Shown in pieces: positions 40,931-56,497 of a stretch of 64,000 bases of DNA. The notes under the pieces were generated by a model that was not told the DNA's origin, ran no database searches, and saw only the letters and a program-made list of their open reading frames with translations. The DNA comes from Octopus vulgaris (Eukaryota). The translations under genes and the position numbers were made by a program. Within the stretch, counting starts at the first letter, position 1. The number at the start of each line of letters is the position of its first letter. The stretch is from positions 96,286,001-96,350,000 of the forward strand of contig OX597820.1 in assembly GCA_951406725.2 (NCBI GenBank), in the 5' to 3' direction.

Positions 40931-42207
40931 GCCATGGACAAATGTTGAAGATAGGGTTGATTAAAAAGATAAATGGAAGGAAATTCATCACTCTGAACTA
41001 AAGAAATTTATTGGACTGATTATTCTTATAGGTGTTTATAAATCTAACCATGAAAATGTCACACAGTTACGAAGTCAAGAAGATGGCCACCTAATACTCA
41101 ACAAAATTATGAGCCGGGGAAGATTTCAACAGATTTTACAAGATTTTGCCTTTTGATGATGCTAGTGCAAGAAGAAAAAAGAGAAGTGATGATGAATTGG
41201 AACTCATAAGAGAAGTATTTGAAATGTGGAATCAGAATTTGCAAGATGGATATGTTCCAAGTTGGTGCATGACAATTGATGAACAATAAGTTTTATTCAG
41301 AAGGCGCTGCTCATTCGGGGTTCCTTCAAAACTAGGGAAATATGGAATTAAAATTTGGGCAATATACGACAGTGAAACATGTTATGCCAGGAAAATGCAA
41401 ATCTACACTGGAAACATCCCCAGTAAAAGGGGGAAAGACAAATCAATGTTCAAGAGTTGTTGAAGACATAGTAAAAGAACTTGAAAATACTGGACACAGT
41501 ATAACTTGTGATAATTTCCTTACAAGTCTAGGATTGGCTTGAAAGCTGCTTAGCAAGAAAACTACTTTAGTTGGAACAATTAGAAAGAACATACACTTGC
41601 AAAAGAATGACTCGAAGATGGCCTGTGTTTATATTCTACAACATGATTGATATAAGAGCAGTGAATGCTTTCATTGTTGTTAAACACCTTCACTTGCAAA
41701 GTTTCAAGGATAAAAGAAGGCAATGCCTAATTCAGTTAGGAAAGGAACTTGCTGAAGTTAATGCTAAAGAAGAACATGACAAACAATCTTCTAGTTCCGC
41801 TAACATTTCTCAACCAAACAAGAAAAGAAGACGATCTTCAACCTCATTTGAGATTCCTCAGCCAAAGAAAAAAGGAAGATGTTCTTTGTGCGACCCCAAA
41901 AAAGACAGGAAGACTCGTACTACATGTAAGAATTGTAATATCCATGTTTGCCAAGAACAATCCAATGTCGTCAGCATTCCCTGCCATGAGAGCTGTAATT
42001 CAGTATTTTTATAATTTTTTAAATTTATGATATATTCTGTAAGCTGTACTTTTTTGTTAAAATTTGTTAGAAACAATAATTCTTCAGTCACCTGATAGCT
42101 AAGAAATAGCTAGTTTGAATAAAATTTAATTAAAAGAAAAATATTGGGTTCATTGGACCCAGTTGGTACTTAGTGACATACATTTTCTCTGGTAGACCAA
42201 GGGTTAA
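40931..42207 (+). mobile_element. piggyBac transposon remnant: right end and degenerate transposase
   Basis: ELKKFIGLIIL, MTIDEQ*, PSKLGKYGIKIW, ITCDNF, RRWP, C-terminal Cys-rich KGRCSLC...CKNC..HVC; ends GGG-TTAA at 42201-42207. Confidence 0.9.
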
Positions 42208-42890
42208 AAAGTATATAATTATAGCTTGAGACACACCTGCAGCGATTTAATAGTTCGAATCTTTCGTATATTGCATGTTCATTATGAACAGTTCACAATA
42301 TAAATATGATTTGAAAGAACCTATGCGTGTATAATGCAGCTTGCTGTAAAATTCACTATTTACAGTTAAAAGTTAAGGTGATCCATTCAAAAATTAAATA
42401 TACTTGAAGAAACACGTTCAAAATCTATGCATGCTTAAAAGAATGGATATTCTGGCAAAATCGCTTCTTGAATTTCATTTTAGAAAATCTAATGTAACAT
42501 CTAAACTAAGTGCTATTATTTAACTGCATCTTAGCACAATAATTTCGAAAGGAAATTGGTGTTGAAAGGAAAGCTATCTGGAGCAATGCAATTACCGGTA
42601 AGAGTGGAGACAGAATTACTGTCAGAGAACATCTTTTAATAGAAATGGTTAATTGAGCAAGCAAATTTTATAGCAGAAATAGCAATTGTTGCATGAGCTT
42701 CGGCTGAATATACGATATCTATCTATGACTCGTCAGAAAATTAAAACTAATCAAATTTGGAATTTATTGTAAATATTTGACATTACATTTAAACTAATGG
42801 GTAGATAATATACCCAGCTATTTCTCTGTGTATATGTGTGTGTGCATGTGTATATACGTATGTGTGTGCGTGTGTGTGTGTGTGTGTATA

Positions 42891-43666
42891 CAGGGTGCGA
42901 TGAGTAAATTGTCACCATTTTATATTTTTAATTTCGCGCATTGTTTGTTTTTGACTTTGTCGACTACACAGTATAGTAGGGTCACTCTACCAGAATTTTG
43001 TAAACGACATGCTGTACTGCTTGGCATTCGCACCGGAATCGCCAATATGAACATTTCAGAGTGTTTGTGTGTGAATATGAGGACAGTGCAATCTGAAGAC
43101 ATGTACCAAGGATGATACAAATCAAACATCCAGTCAGTATCATGGTGTGTGGAATGATCACTAGTGATGGCGACGCTATGCCTCCATTCATCTTCCCGCA
43201 GGGCCGGCCTCACACTCAACACGGAGGCCTACATCAAGTGCCTGAAGGAGGTAGTGCTGCCACACAAGCAAGAGAACCCAATCATGGCTGTCAGAAAATT
43301 CCAGCGACTACACCACCCTAATATCTAACCACCTAACTCTCCAAACTGCAACCCCTTTGATTATTATGTGTGGAGCACAGTTAAGCGAGAGACCAACAAA
43401 ATTCCTTGTGACACCAAAGATGAACTGAATGCAAGTATTATGGCAGCATTCAGCAACTTAAACAAGAAGACACCTAGAAAAGTTACATAAGATTTCAAAG
43501 TCGTCTGAAAGCCGTGGTTGAAGCCAATGATGATTTTATTGAATAAATTTACTCTTTTGTATTTCAAAATATTTTATGTAATTTTGATAAATATAACTGT
43601 TAAAATGAGATATCTGTATTATTTCCATTTCTGCGCAATTTAGACGACAGTTTATTCACCGCATAA
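42891..43666 (+). mobile_element. Tc1/mariner superfamily (maT/DD37D-like) remnant
   Basis: TA-CAGGGTGCGATGAGTAAATTG left TIR and decayed right TIR; KHPVSIMVCG...MPPFIF and PPNSPNCNPFDYYVW motifs. Confidence 0.75.
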
Positions 43667-43675
43667 TTTATGCAT

Positions 43676-44600
43676 TAGGTCGTCGAGTATGAACTTTGTA
43701 GGAAAAAAAGTTTGTTAGTGTTTTATAAATACAAGGAATAGTTTTATTCATCAAAGTATGCACCCATATTGTCAATACACTTTTGCCATTTGAGCAGTAG
43801 CTTGTCCAACTCCGAACTGTAAAAGTCTGGCAATCTAGAGTCAATAAAATCTTGGAAGGCCTCTTTTACAGCATAGTCGGAATTAAATTTTTTCTATCAA
43901 AATGTTATCCAAGTGGAAGCCAGTGGGGGAAAGATCAGGTGAGTATGGTGAATGATGGAGAACTTCCAACTCCAACTGCTATAGTTTCGCCAATGTCATT
44001 TTTGCGATGTATGATCTGGCGTTGCCTTGCAATAAAACAAGAGTGGATCTGTTGACTAATCTAGGCTGTTTTGTCCAACCATTGTGCTGAATGTTTACGG
44101 TTGTTGTATTGGATTCATTTCTTATCGCATGTTACAATTCGATTTAAAAATGATTAAATTTTGTGGCGAAAAAGTCACATAATGCAAGTTTCCAAACCTT
44201 GCTGTTTCTGATTTTCATTGAGTTCATGTGGAACCCATTTATCCAAATTTTTTACTTTAACAATTTGAACTAGGTGAGTCAATATTGTTTGCTTGCTAAC
44301 ACCAAACAAAAACGATAATTCACGGGCACTTTGAGATGGATCTGACACGACATTATCCACTTTTGTTTCTGGTCGATTACGCTGTTCATTTGTGAGGTCA
44401 AAGTGACCAGAACGAAAGTTTGAAAACCAATTTGACACTGTCTGCTCTGTGATAACATTAGAAGGAAATACTCCATTAATAATCCAGGCTGTCAGTGATG
44501 CTGTATTTCCAAGAATTTCCGACTTATCCATCTCTAAACAAAAATAGCAAAAGCGATTTATAAATACTTTATAAAGCGCAAAATGAGTTAGAATAAAGAA
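43676..44600 (-). mobile_element. Mariner remnant
   Basis: KWVPHEL (ORF 44175-44531), PYSPDLSP near 43925-43948, TTAGGT terminus at 43676. Confidence 0.85.
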
Positions 44601-44644
44601 ATAGATGTGTCAGCTTTCTAACAAAAAATAAAGATTACCAAAAT

Positions 44645-46895
44645 ATAATAAGGGGAGATCATTTGAGATGAGAGGGATCCTTGGCATGAAGACATTCCTA
44701 CACATCATGTTTCCTGTGATCATTGTTGCATCCAACTCATGGAGTATGGCTGTTTTAACAACCAGCCTTGTTCCATTGCAGAGCCTGGGTGCATCAAGGT
44801 TTCGTAACAACATTATGAGAGCACCTGTTTTTATGATCAGAATTTGTGGTGGAAAACCTGGTGGTTGAAGTGAATTGAGGAACTCAATTGTGTAATGCGT
44901 TGCCTGTTCTTGATCAGTGACAGAGTCGATTGATCTGTATGAACATTCAGTTCCTGGAAGCTGAGACAACAAATCTAGAATCAGCTGTGCACAACACCAT
45001 TCCTTGGTGTCAGAATTGTTCTTTCACAAAGCCATTTATGACTTTGTATTTTGTGGCAATGTTTGGAAAGACCTTGCTCTTTAGTTCTTCAAGGGAGGCA
45101 ACCATATTGCCACATTAAAGGTGGTGCAGGCTTCTGGATCCTGTGGAAGTTTTCCTTTTCAAATGTCAAGTAACTTCTTTGAGAACTCTGCAGCTAATTG
45201 GTCACTGTGAATGTGAACTCTCATGCTAATTGTCAGAGTAAGCTGCTTGACATGTAGCCAGATATATGAGGACTTGATGCAAGCTCTCAGCTCATCTGCC
45301 TTTGTTCCTCTGGGAATGACAGACAGGGTTTGCCTGAAGTCACAGGCCATGAGAAGTGTGATACTACCTATGATCTTCTTATTGTTTCTGAAGTCTTGTA
45401 GTATTCTTTTGAGAGCTTCAACATTTGCCTTATGAAACATTGCTGCCTCATCCCAGACAATGAGTTTGGCATTTGTAAAGAGCTTTGCTAATGCTGTATT
45501 CTTTGATATGTTGCATAATGAGATTAATTTTGGATCAGGTTCAGAGGTAGTTTGATTGTTGAATAGACTGCTCTTCCGCCTGTTAGGAGTGTGGCTGCAA
45601 TTCCAGAGGATACAACAGCTAGAGCAATCCCCTTCTGTCTCACCTTGGCAAGAAGCATGTTCATCAATAATAAAGGAGTATCTAAGAAGAAGGCCTCCAC
45701 CAGCATCACTGTCCACAGATATCAGAACTTGCCAGTATTCCTCCTTTTGATCCTATACCATAAGTGGTTCCTTCTCATTGACAATTGCTTGCAAACTCCC
45801 CATGTTGTATGATGTTTCTCTGACTAGTTCTTGTGCTAACCTGTGTTGAACATCTCTGATAGGACCTGGAAGACGAAGTTTGTTTCCACCCAGTAATCGA
45901 ACCTCGTCATCTATTAAGTTTAATGCTTCACTGAAGATGTCATCATTGAATGTGACATCACCCTCATGCTGATATTGAATTCTTTGAAGAATGTCTTCAC
46001 AAAGCCCCACCGTGTACCAGAGTTGTTTCGGATTTGACAATCCACAGTTCACCAGCATTATGGATAAGATGGCAAGCCTGGCGAAATGTGTTGCCAACCG
46101 TACGTAAGGCAATGAAGGATGTGGGTCTCTTGACAAGGTGTAACAGAAGCCTTAGATAGTAGTACTCTGAGTAGTTGGGATGGACAACATAGACTCTGCC
46201 AATTGTGCCTGATTTCTTGATTCCAAGTGGGTATTCTAAGTGCACGTCGCTTCCATTCTTTTTTGGTCCAAGTGTAGTATTGTGGAACTTCATTGTATAG
46301 CAATCATGCAGCAATTTCATCATCCTGACAGAGCTTGAAGAATGCTGTAAGTGTGGTATACTTTGGAGCTTCCATTTGTTGTTGCACTATGTCCTGGGTG
46401 AAGTAAACCTTTTCTCCATTCTCCAAGTGTTCCACGTGGGGATATCTCTCATGAATGGAGAACTTGAAGATACTCCAACATGCTTCACTACTGCTGATAT
46501 ACCTCCCCATTTGGAAGGTCTTAATCTCTTCATTGTTCCGTGAATCCCGGACTGCAAAGACTGTCACGTCAGATCCCTTGTTGACATATTTGCACACATA
46601 CTTAATGGATTTCACTGAGTTACAGAACTCAAAATTGATGTGTGCCTTGGATATTTTGGAGATGAGCGGACAGTATGATACTAGCCACCTGTTGTCAAGT
46701 GACCTTTCAATATGAGCTGACGTCTTGATAGTGGTTTCAAACCCACCCTCACCTGGTTTTTGTCTTCTGTTGAAGGGATAGCTATCATGTCCAGTTTGGG
46801 TATCTCAAAGAAATTTCTTTGAAAAGCCTTTTGTACACTTTCTACCCTGCATGCATGGAGCATGTAGGTTGATGTTCCCACATGGACCATTTACC
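44645..46895 (-). mobile_element. Helitron Rep-helicase (PIF1-type) pseudogene
   Basis: KSIKYVCKYVNKGSD, GRYISSSEA, YYLRLLL..KRPTSF, SSGIAATLL.GGR, LIVWDEA, DFRQTL, MLLRNL...LCNGTRL, PRIPL; many frameshifts; Walker A GKT appears deleted. Confidence 0.92.
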
Positions 46896-47497
46896 AATTC
46901 GAGAAATTCCATGCTATCAATCTCACGCAATAAAATTTTAAAAGAAAAAGTTGAGTGTTTGTTTCTCAAATTTGAAGGTGATAAAATAGTTATATATTTT
47001 TTATGAATATAGTTCTATAAGGGTACTTTTAATTTATAGCACCGGCATTATTGAGGTAAGGAAAAAATTATCAATGACACCGCTAATTTGCAATTAGTTT
47101 AATTACGTCACCTGTATTAATTAATACAATTATATTATGTAAACGCAGTCCTGTAATATCTGAGTCGAGAAACAGAATCGTACTAGTTTACATTGACAGG
47201 AATTTCTCAGTTTTTAAGGCTTACTCATTGGACTATTCAACCACGGTAGTAGTTGAATAATATTCTTAAGGCCGTAATTTACTTACACGCAGCACCTTTC
47301 AGAGCTTTATCGCCAATTCCGTTCTTAGCCTAATTGAAAACTGTAAAATTTTTGAAGATGAGATAGCTGGTCCTCAACCTTTCCAGGTGTAATAATGTGT
47401 CCTGTACTTTTCCAGGTTTATAATCTTAAGAATATTATTTCTCTTGCTCGCATGTTCTCATGTCATACATACACACACACATACATACATACATACA

Positions 47498-47530
<33 letters not shown>

Positions 47531-48259
47531 CTATATATAGATAGATAGATAGGGAGAGATACGCATAAACACATACATATGTGTGTGAAAGAGAGAGAGT
47601 GAGCGAGAGAGAGAGAGAAAGCATATGTGTTTCCGACTGTATATATGTAGATGTATGTATGTGTTTGTGTGTCTGTGTGCGTGCGTTTGTAATGCAACAC
47701 AATGCTGATATCCTGTCAGCTCTGTCGTTTGTTACTTATAAATGCTTTCTCTCCGTTTATCTTACACAACTGTCTTATATTTCATTGTCCTTTATTACAT
47801 AATAGTTTTTTTTCTATCTTTATACTTCATCTATTTTGTGGTTCTTTTTTTCACTCCGAAATATCTCCAGTATTCAAAGGTTAAAGTCCTCTCACCATCT
47901 GAGATGGTGATTATGGCCTTCGGAACGTATTTCCTTCCAGAAATCTAATGGCGTTAACCTATTTTATCATCTGATTACATGTCTTCGGATATCACCAACC
48001 AGTTCCTCTTGAAATTTAGAATGATTTTCCGTACATTTAGCCTTCAACATAGTTCAGAACTGAATCGATTGTTTTATTTTTCTACTTAGTATTACATTGC
48101 AAGCATACTTGCTTTCATAAATACATATGTATATTTCAGACTGATGACCTACTACGCTGAGGACTTATGTAATGAAATTCAGCTACTTGAGTTACATGTG
48201 TAGCCTATATAAGGCCTATTCCTTTTTTATTGATATATATATATATATCCTTTTTTATT

Positions 48260-48313
<54 letters not shown>

Positions 48314-48392
48314 AAAACGAAGAGGAGAGTGGAGATTTATTTACATCCCAAACATTTTTTATTATATATAAATGAATATATATATATATAAA

Positions 48393-48813
<421 letters not shown>

Positions 48814-49137
48814 ATATATATATATAATTGACAAGGAAGAGGAGAGTGGAGATTTATTTACATCAAAACTTTTTTTATTAAAATGTTTTGTACAGCATAT
48901 ATAACACTGGTTTACATATGTTTCGACTGCATGGAATATTTGCAGTTCTGAATAGGAAAATGGAACTACCCAGCAAGTGAAACTTACAAATACCAGTATC
49001 TCTTTTAAGCTTGAGTACTATTTAATTGGATCGTTGTGGATAGCCGACATCTATGCCTATTTGTGATGTAATATGGTACCCGCTAGTATAATGTGTCCCT
49101 TTAATACTATATATATGTACATACACACATACATACA

Positions 49138-49353
49138 CGAGAGATGCTGAAAAGTCCCTGGCAATGGGTAAAAGAAAATACAGAGGAATCAGTTAATTAT
49201 GATTTTATTCAACAAACTCCCCTCTCAGATTCGTACACTTATTGCAGTGGTCCTTCGGTTTTTCTAAGGCTTGTGAAAGAACTTGGAACGTTGAGTCTCT
49301 AACCATGTATTTCATGATATCCTTAAAGCCAGGAACTTTTCAGCAACCCACCG
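49138..49353. mobile_element. Mariner-derived MITE
   Basis: Imperfect TIRs TGCTGAAAAGTCCCTGGC / GCCAGGAACTTTTCAGCA; related end at ~55240. Confidence 0.65.
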
Positions 49354-49465
49354 TACATATACACGTTATGTATAGGCATATGCACAAGGATATATGCATA
49401 TATGAATACAAATAGATAAACAAACATATATATATATACATGCATATTTATCTGCCTGTCTATAT

Positions 49466-49549
49466 AATAACAATAACAATAATAATAATAACAATAACAA
49501 TAATAATAATAACAATAATAATAATAACAATAACAATAATAATAATAAC

Positions 49550-49585
<36 letters not shown>

Positions 49586-49595
49586 TGTAATAATG

Positions 49596-49626
<31 letters not shown>

Positions 49627-49643
49627 TAATAATAATAATAATT
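49466..49643. repeat. (AAT)n/(AAC)n compound microsatellite
   Basis: Direct reading. Confidence 0.95.
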
Positions 49644-50112
49644 ACGTAAAGGAAATGAAGAAGAAAGAGAAAAAAGGATTTTAACGAAAAGAATAAAATG
49701 AATATAATAGAATTAAACAAATTGAGAATAGAATATAAATGAAGGGTGATAATAGTATTCAAATATGTACTCATCCATACAAACGCCCCAAACGCACATA
49801 TATGCATATGTACTTACACATATACATGCATATACGTATATATATAAATACATATGTGTGTGTGTGTATGTGTGTGTGTATGTTTGTGTGTGTATGTGTG
49901 TGTGTGTGTATTGTTCTTTCAACATAATTAAAGAACCGGTCTTGCATTGCTCATCAATCTAAGGGTTAAAAATAGACATTGCACATATTCCAAGAGGACA
50001 TAATTGTTCTCTCATTTTCTACCTTATATATATATATATGTGTGTGTGTATACATATACATGCATACACATACATATATATAGCCACACATGCATTGGTG
50101 TATATATACATA

Positions 50113-50164
<52 letters not shown>

Positions 50165-50167
<3 letters not shown>

Positions 50168-50564
50168 TCTTTACTCTTTTATTTGTTTCAGTCATTTGAC
50201 TGCGGCCATGCTGGAGCACCGCCTTTAGTCAAGCAAATCGACCCCGGGACTTATTCTTTGTAAGTCCAGTACTTATTCTATCGGTCTCTTTTGCCGAACC
50301 GCTATGTGACGGGGACGTAAACACACCAGCATCGGTTGTCAAGCAATGCTAGGGGGACAAACACAGACACACAAACACATACACACACACATATATATAT
50401 ATACATATATTCTTTCAGTTTCCGTCTACCAAATCCACTCACGAGGCATTGGTCGGCCCGGGGCTATAGCAGAAGACACTTGCCCAAGATGCCACGCAGT
50501 GGGACTGAACCCAGAACCATGTGGTTGGTTAGCAAGCTACTTACCACACAGCCACTCCTGCGCC

Positions 50565-50565
<1 letters not shown>
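50165..50565 (-). mobile_element. tRNA-derived SINE (family D), full length
   Basis: Head AGGCGCAGGAGTGGCTGTGTGGTAAG...GGTTCAGTCCC; internal CA/TA tract; AAGAGTA tail repeats. Confidence 0.85.
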
Positions 50566-50595
<30 letters not shown>

Positions 50596-51292
50596 GTGTG
50601 TGTGTATGTGCGTATCTCGATAGATTTATATGTGTATATGTGCATGTATATAAGTATATGTGTATATATGTGTTTGTTTCTGCGTGTGTGTATGTGTGTG
50701 TGTGTATACACATAGATGCATACATACACAAATAGATACGTACGTAGATGGAAATGAAGTTGGAAAAATAAAATGTATGTAAGAGGTTAGGAAACTGCAG
50801 TGCCAGACTAAAAATGGTCGTTGTGGAGCTTATGACATAAAATAAGACGCAATGTTTTTGTAATGATAAAATATACATGCTCAAAAATCAACGAAATGCT
50901 TTCTGGGTACATATATTTATATACATGGGCATGCAAAAGGTAATTAATTAATCTACGGTGAACAGAAATTCTCTAAACCAATTCACGGTGAAAGCAAGAA
51001 AAATATCAATTAAGAAACCTTATAAGTTGCCTTCCCCGTTTCATATATCTCATTTTGAAATACCGCATGCCCTTGTGTAACTTTGTGTATTCTCATCCGA
51101 AATGGAGGCGATTACCGGCATTTATAAGTGGATCGTTTGAATGATTATAAAAGTCGTCTCTACATAAAACCATTGGAAACATCATAGTAAATCCTCAAAT
51201 AATATAGATAGATAGATAGATAGATAGATATACATAATACATACATACATATACGAACGCAGGAGCTCACACACGCACACATGCACACACAG

Positions 51293-51359
<67 letters not shown>

Positions 51360-51531
51360 TTTGGTGATGCAAACAAAAATATAGAACTCCAAACTTGAGC
51401 ATAAATACGTTTTTTATCAATAACAGGTGGAAGTTGCAGAGTGTCGGATTTTTATTGTAAAAATATTGATTTCTATATTGTTATTTGTTAATTATATGTT
51501 ACGATAAGTATATTTACTTATTATTATTATT

Positions 51532-51573
<42 letters not shown>

Positions 51574-52227
51574 ATTATTATTATTATCTTAACTTATTAC
51601 ATATAATTTAGATTGGGAAAGAGTTTTGTAAGACAAATTCTTATCGAATAGGTAGTAAGGATATACTATAGTTTGTTATTTTCTTCTATAAGTTTAAATA
51701 TATTTTCATAGATAAAATAAATATTTCTATCTATTTATTCTATTTTTATTTACACCACGTTTTTAACGAGATAAATTTATTATAAACACTAAGTCATACG
51801 TATTAAGTTTAACGATTTAGTTAACAGAATACATTCAATAAGATATTTCATGTTTTTATTTTAAGATATATTGTTGAATCTTGTTCGATTTTTTTAATTG
51901 TAAAATTACGTATATTTATATATATTTATATTTTCTTATAAGATATTATACGTATTAATTATTTTATTGCTTTTATCTTAGACATAATGAGTGACTGCAT
52001 TTAAATTGAATTGATTTTATTGTTATCTATTTGAAAATATAGCCACGAAACACGTGTAGTCTATTTACTAATTATATACTATTTATTTATTATTGCATAC
52101 ATTATTTAGTTCTAGGTAAATGTTTTATCGTATCTTTAATTTTCAATATGGTATGATTAAAGTATATCATTTTTGAATTGCTACATGGTGGTTCTTCTCT
52201 AATTTATAAACATGTATTATATATATA

Positions 52228-52372
<145 letters not shown>

Positions 52373-52736
52373 ATACGTTAATTTCGAACAGTGAGAATGA
52401 GTGCTCAATACTGTATTCATCGATAAATATTCTTTACTCGTGAGGTAACCAGAATACTATATGTTTCATGTTGGAAGAGACATCTTTCAACAATTATGTA
52501 TTCAAGTCTGTACCTTTGGACGTTGGTGTTTGTCTCCATCTTGGATTAAATGCAAAACAAATCAATAAAGTCACGTGAAATCATGTGGTGTCATGCGAGA
52601 CACCACAGGATTTCACATGACTTTATGTATACATACATATGCATATATGTATGGATACCATATTTATGTGTATATATGTGTGTGTGAGTGTGCGTGTGTG
52701 CGTGTGTGTGCGTGCGTGTGTGTACATGTGTATTTG

Positions 52737-52839
<103 letters not shown>

Positions 52840-53322
52840 GAATATTTTCCTACCTATGTTTCTTTTTAATATCACTTATTAGAATACAGGTACAATTCGG
52901 TATTTTCAATACAAACATGTCTTTTATGTCTTCTTCGCTGACGAGACGAAATATCACCGAAACATATTCAAATTCAGATTAATAATATTAGTCTCCGAAT
53001 ACTTTTCCACGTTTCATATGTACATAATTTGAATTTCATAATAAATTCGTTATTGTTAGAGTAAGATGATTCATTCAGAAACATATACTTATATATGTGT
53101 GTAGGTATGTGTGTGTGCGGATGTATGTATGTGTGTTAGTCTAATTATCTATAGTTAAATCAAATTATTTACTTATGCCTAAAGCTTTCCTGCATCTGTT
53201 GCTAGACCATTGTTCTCGTCGATAACTTTGAAATAATCAGGCAACACTCTCAACCGAACAAAGTTTTAGGTATGAGAAAATGAACAGGGTTAACAATACT
53301 CAATTATAGCAGACAATACGAT

Positions 53323-53419
<97 letters not shown>

Positions 53420-54091
53420 TATGATATAAATAATACATAAATATATGCATATATACATACATATATGTACATACCTACATCTATATGTATATATACGTGC
53501 ATATATGGGTACAGGACATTGAACACAATGAGAAACGAAAACATAAAAGCAAAATCATGGAAACGAACTTATTTCAAACAACGAAAAAACAGAGTACGAG
53601 ACATGCAACACAAGGAATATTCCTCTTCTTCAGTTGTCCCTGTTTCGTCTACTCCGAGCTCCGCAGGTAAGGACAAGACGCGACTTCGTTGAAACAAATT
53701 AAATAAAATTTGGGATTTTTTGCGGAAGGGTAAAAGTGTTAACAAGAACAGGACAATAAGAACAAAACAAGACAGTAGAAACAATAAAAGTAAAAACAGT
53801 AAAAGACAGAACAAAGAGAATAACAGTGAAAACAAACGATGAGGGATGTTAAGCCAAGACGATGGAAAAATTATTCTGAACGCTTGAGGAGACGGCTTAT
53901 GACAGAGACAGGATAAGCGTACTGGTCTTGATGAAGATAGCAGTTGGAAAGATGGCATCCCTCTGATCACTTGTCAGTGACGAGAGAATCGAGGAGGAGG
54001 AGGGGTAAGAGAGAGGGAACGTTGAAGGGGAGAGGAGAAGAATAGGGAAGGGTGAAAGAGAAAAACAAACATGTACGAGTGTGTTTACATA

Positions 54092-54142
<51 letters not shown>

Positions 54143-54309
54143 TCGTACATGTATATATACATATATCACAAATGTGTGCGTGTGCATGTGGATGAAGACC
54201 ATATACACATTCACTCAACACATGTACGCATATTGACATACATATACTTATAAATATGTATATATGTATGAATGTACGGATCTCGTTATCTATATTAATA
54301 TAAATAAAT

Positions 54310-54880
54310 ATACACGCCATTCGGACTAAAATTGATAATTTGTATAAAAGGAAATGGTGAATGCTTTCTTCGCTGTCTCCCTGGAAAAAATTTCGAACAC
54401 CTTCTAGATGTTGGCCACCACCTCGGCCTTGGTGTCGCAGACAGAGCCGTTGTTCCTTTCTAAACTGCGCCCTACACATAGTAGTTCACAGCATTACAAG
54501 CGGAGGAACTTGAGGCTAGTGAAGTCGCAGAAATTCTCAAAACAAAACTACTTCTGACTATTTCTTGTGTATATGGCAAGGTGCTAATTCCTGCTGTTAC
54601 ACATATGGCCTTCCTGCAGCAACCCTCTCCAGAATTGACCACAGTCTCCAACTGCTTCCCATAGCTGTCTGGATTGAGCCTAAGAGCCTGTTTAAAGATG
54701 TGGGGCGGCATAGCGTGACCCTCACCGGAGACGCGCAGAAAGACCATCACAGACTGGGGGAACTTGATTTCCATGATGTTTTATGTCCCGTCTTAGTTTT
54801 TACAATGCTCACAGAACACTGAGCAGCAGTCATGATCTCAGCATCTTGATTTCCGGCGGGAATCACCATGACACAGGTAA
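54310..54880 (-). mobile_element. maT/DD37D-like transposase remnant
   Basis: KFPQSVMVF...MPPHIFKQ and NAVNYYV, homologous to the 42891 element. Confidence 0.65.
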
Positions 54881-55467
54881 CTCCTTTCCAATATTGATTT
54901 CAAATGTTGGCACAACACCAGCAATTTCGCGGGACGATGTGAGTCGATTACATTGATCCCAGTTATCAGCTGGCACTTCATTTATCAACTGCGAAAGGAC
55001 GAAAGGCAAAGTCGACTTTGTTGGAATTTGAACTGAGAACACGAAGACAGGTGGGTCTCTTTTCCAATATTAAGATGGCTTTCAGTTCTCATGTCAGCTA
55101 ACTTTTTCATATCTACAGTTTAATCATCTTCTTGCTCTCCAGTGCTGTTGACTGTTCCCCAATATATGAAGTTGATCCTGAAAAAAAGGAGACATAAAAA
55201 AGCATCAATTTTCGTGTGAACACGAATGCATATGTATATGCGAGAGGATGCTGAAAGGTTTCTAACTTTAAAGGTGTCGTGAAAGGTCTGGCTGGACGCC
55301 CAATCTTCCAAGTTCTTTTATAATGATTAGAAAAACTAGAGGACTTTTGCAGTAATTGCATGAATTTGAGAGGGGGATAAGGTGAGTACGAATATAGTTA
55401 ACTGATCCTCTTGTATTCTCTTTTATTCAAAACCAGGAACATTTCATCAGATCTTCGTATGTATATA

Positions 55468-55510
<43 letters not shown>

Positions 55511-55586
55511 GTATATATATACATATATACACATATATATATATATACACATACATATACACACACACACACATATATATATAAAT

Positions 55587-55621
<35 letters not shown>

Positions 55622-56022
55622 CTAGCAGCATCGCCCGGCGTTGCTCGGGTTTGTAAGGGAAATAACTATAAAATATTTTTAGAGAGTTATAGCCAAAAAA
55701 TGGAAAAAAAATGATGGTAAATTTTTTTAGTTAAAAAGGTCGAGTTGCGTCAAATTTTTTAGTTAAAAAGGTCGAGTTGCGTCCCCATGACAGTCTGTGG
55801 TTTGTGTTTCTGATTCTCGACCCCATGTCGAATTTATCGATTTTTTTCAGAACTGGGGGAACTTTTCAAAATTTTCGCTGCGTTAGTTTTGAATTATGAC
55901 ATTGGGCTATGTGTGTGTCAAGTTTCATCAGAATCGGTTGAAAGCCGTGGTCAGGGTGAGGGTACAAGCAAACAGACACACAGAAACACGCACAGACAAA
56001 CTGCCGTTTATATAGAGAGAAG

Positions 56023-56023
<1 letters not shown>
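55622..56023 (-). mobile_element. Non-autonomous Helitron
   Basis: Minus strand 5' TC...TATATAAACGGCAG-GTCTGT repeats; 3' hairpin CCCGAGC-AAC-GCCGGG followed by CTAG|T; internal ~32-bp tandem duplication at ~55720-55783. Confidence 0.8.
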
Positions 56024-56069
<46 letters not shown>

Positions 56070-56196
56070 TAGAGAGAAATAAGAAAATGGAGATAAAATT
56101 GATAATTCATAAACATCAATTCATTAGATACAAATATCCCTTAGACGGTTTTTATAACTTCTAACTGAACTCACCTTTATACGTGTGTGCGAGTGC

Positions 56197-56361
<165 letters not shown>

Positions 56362-56466
56362 AACACACCCATACACATAACATACATACATATTTAATGG
56401 AAGGAATACATAAATATATACCATATATATAATATATATATACTGATAGATAGATAGAACAGATAG

Positions 56467-56497
<31 letters not shown>

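Noticed and set aside
48140-48200. CTGATGA and CTGAGGA followed by GAAA
   Set aside because: Stem II and stem I cannot be formed in register
52930-52975. CTGACGA...CGAAAC hammerhead-like spacing
   Set aside because: No convincing stem I, II or III pairing
53620-53695. Minus-strand CTGAAGA near GAAAC in a purine-rich insert
   Set aside because: Order and pairing do not give a complete hammerhead in this copy
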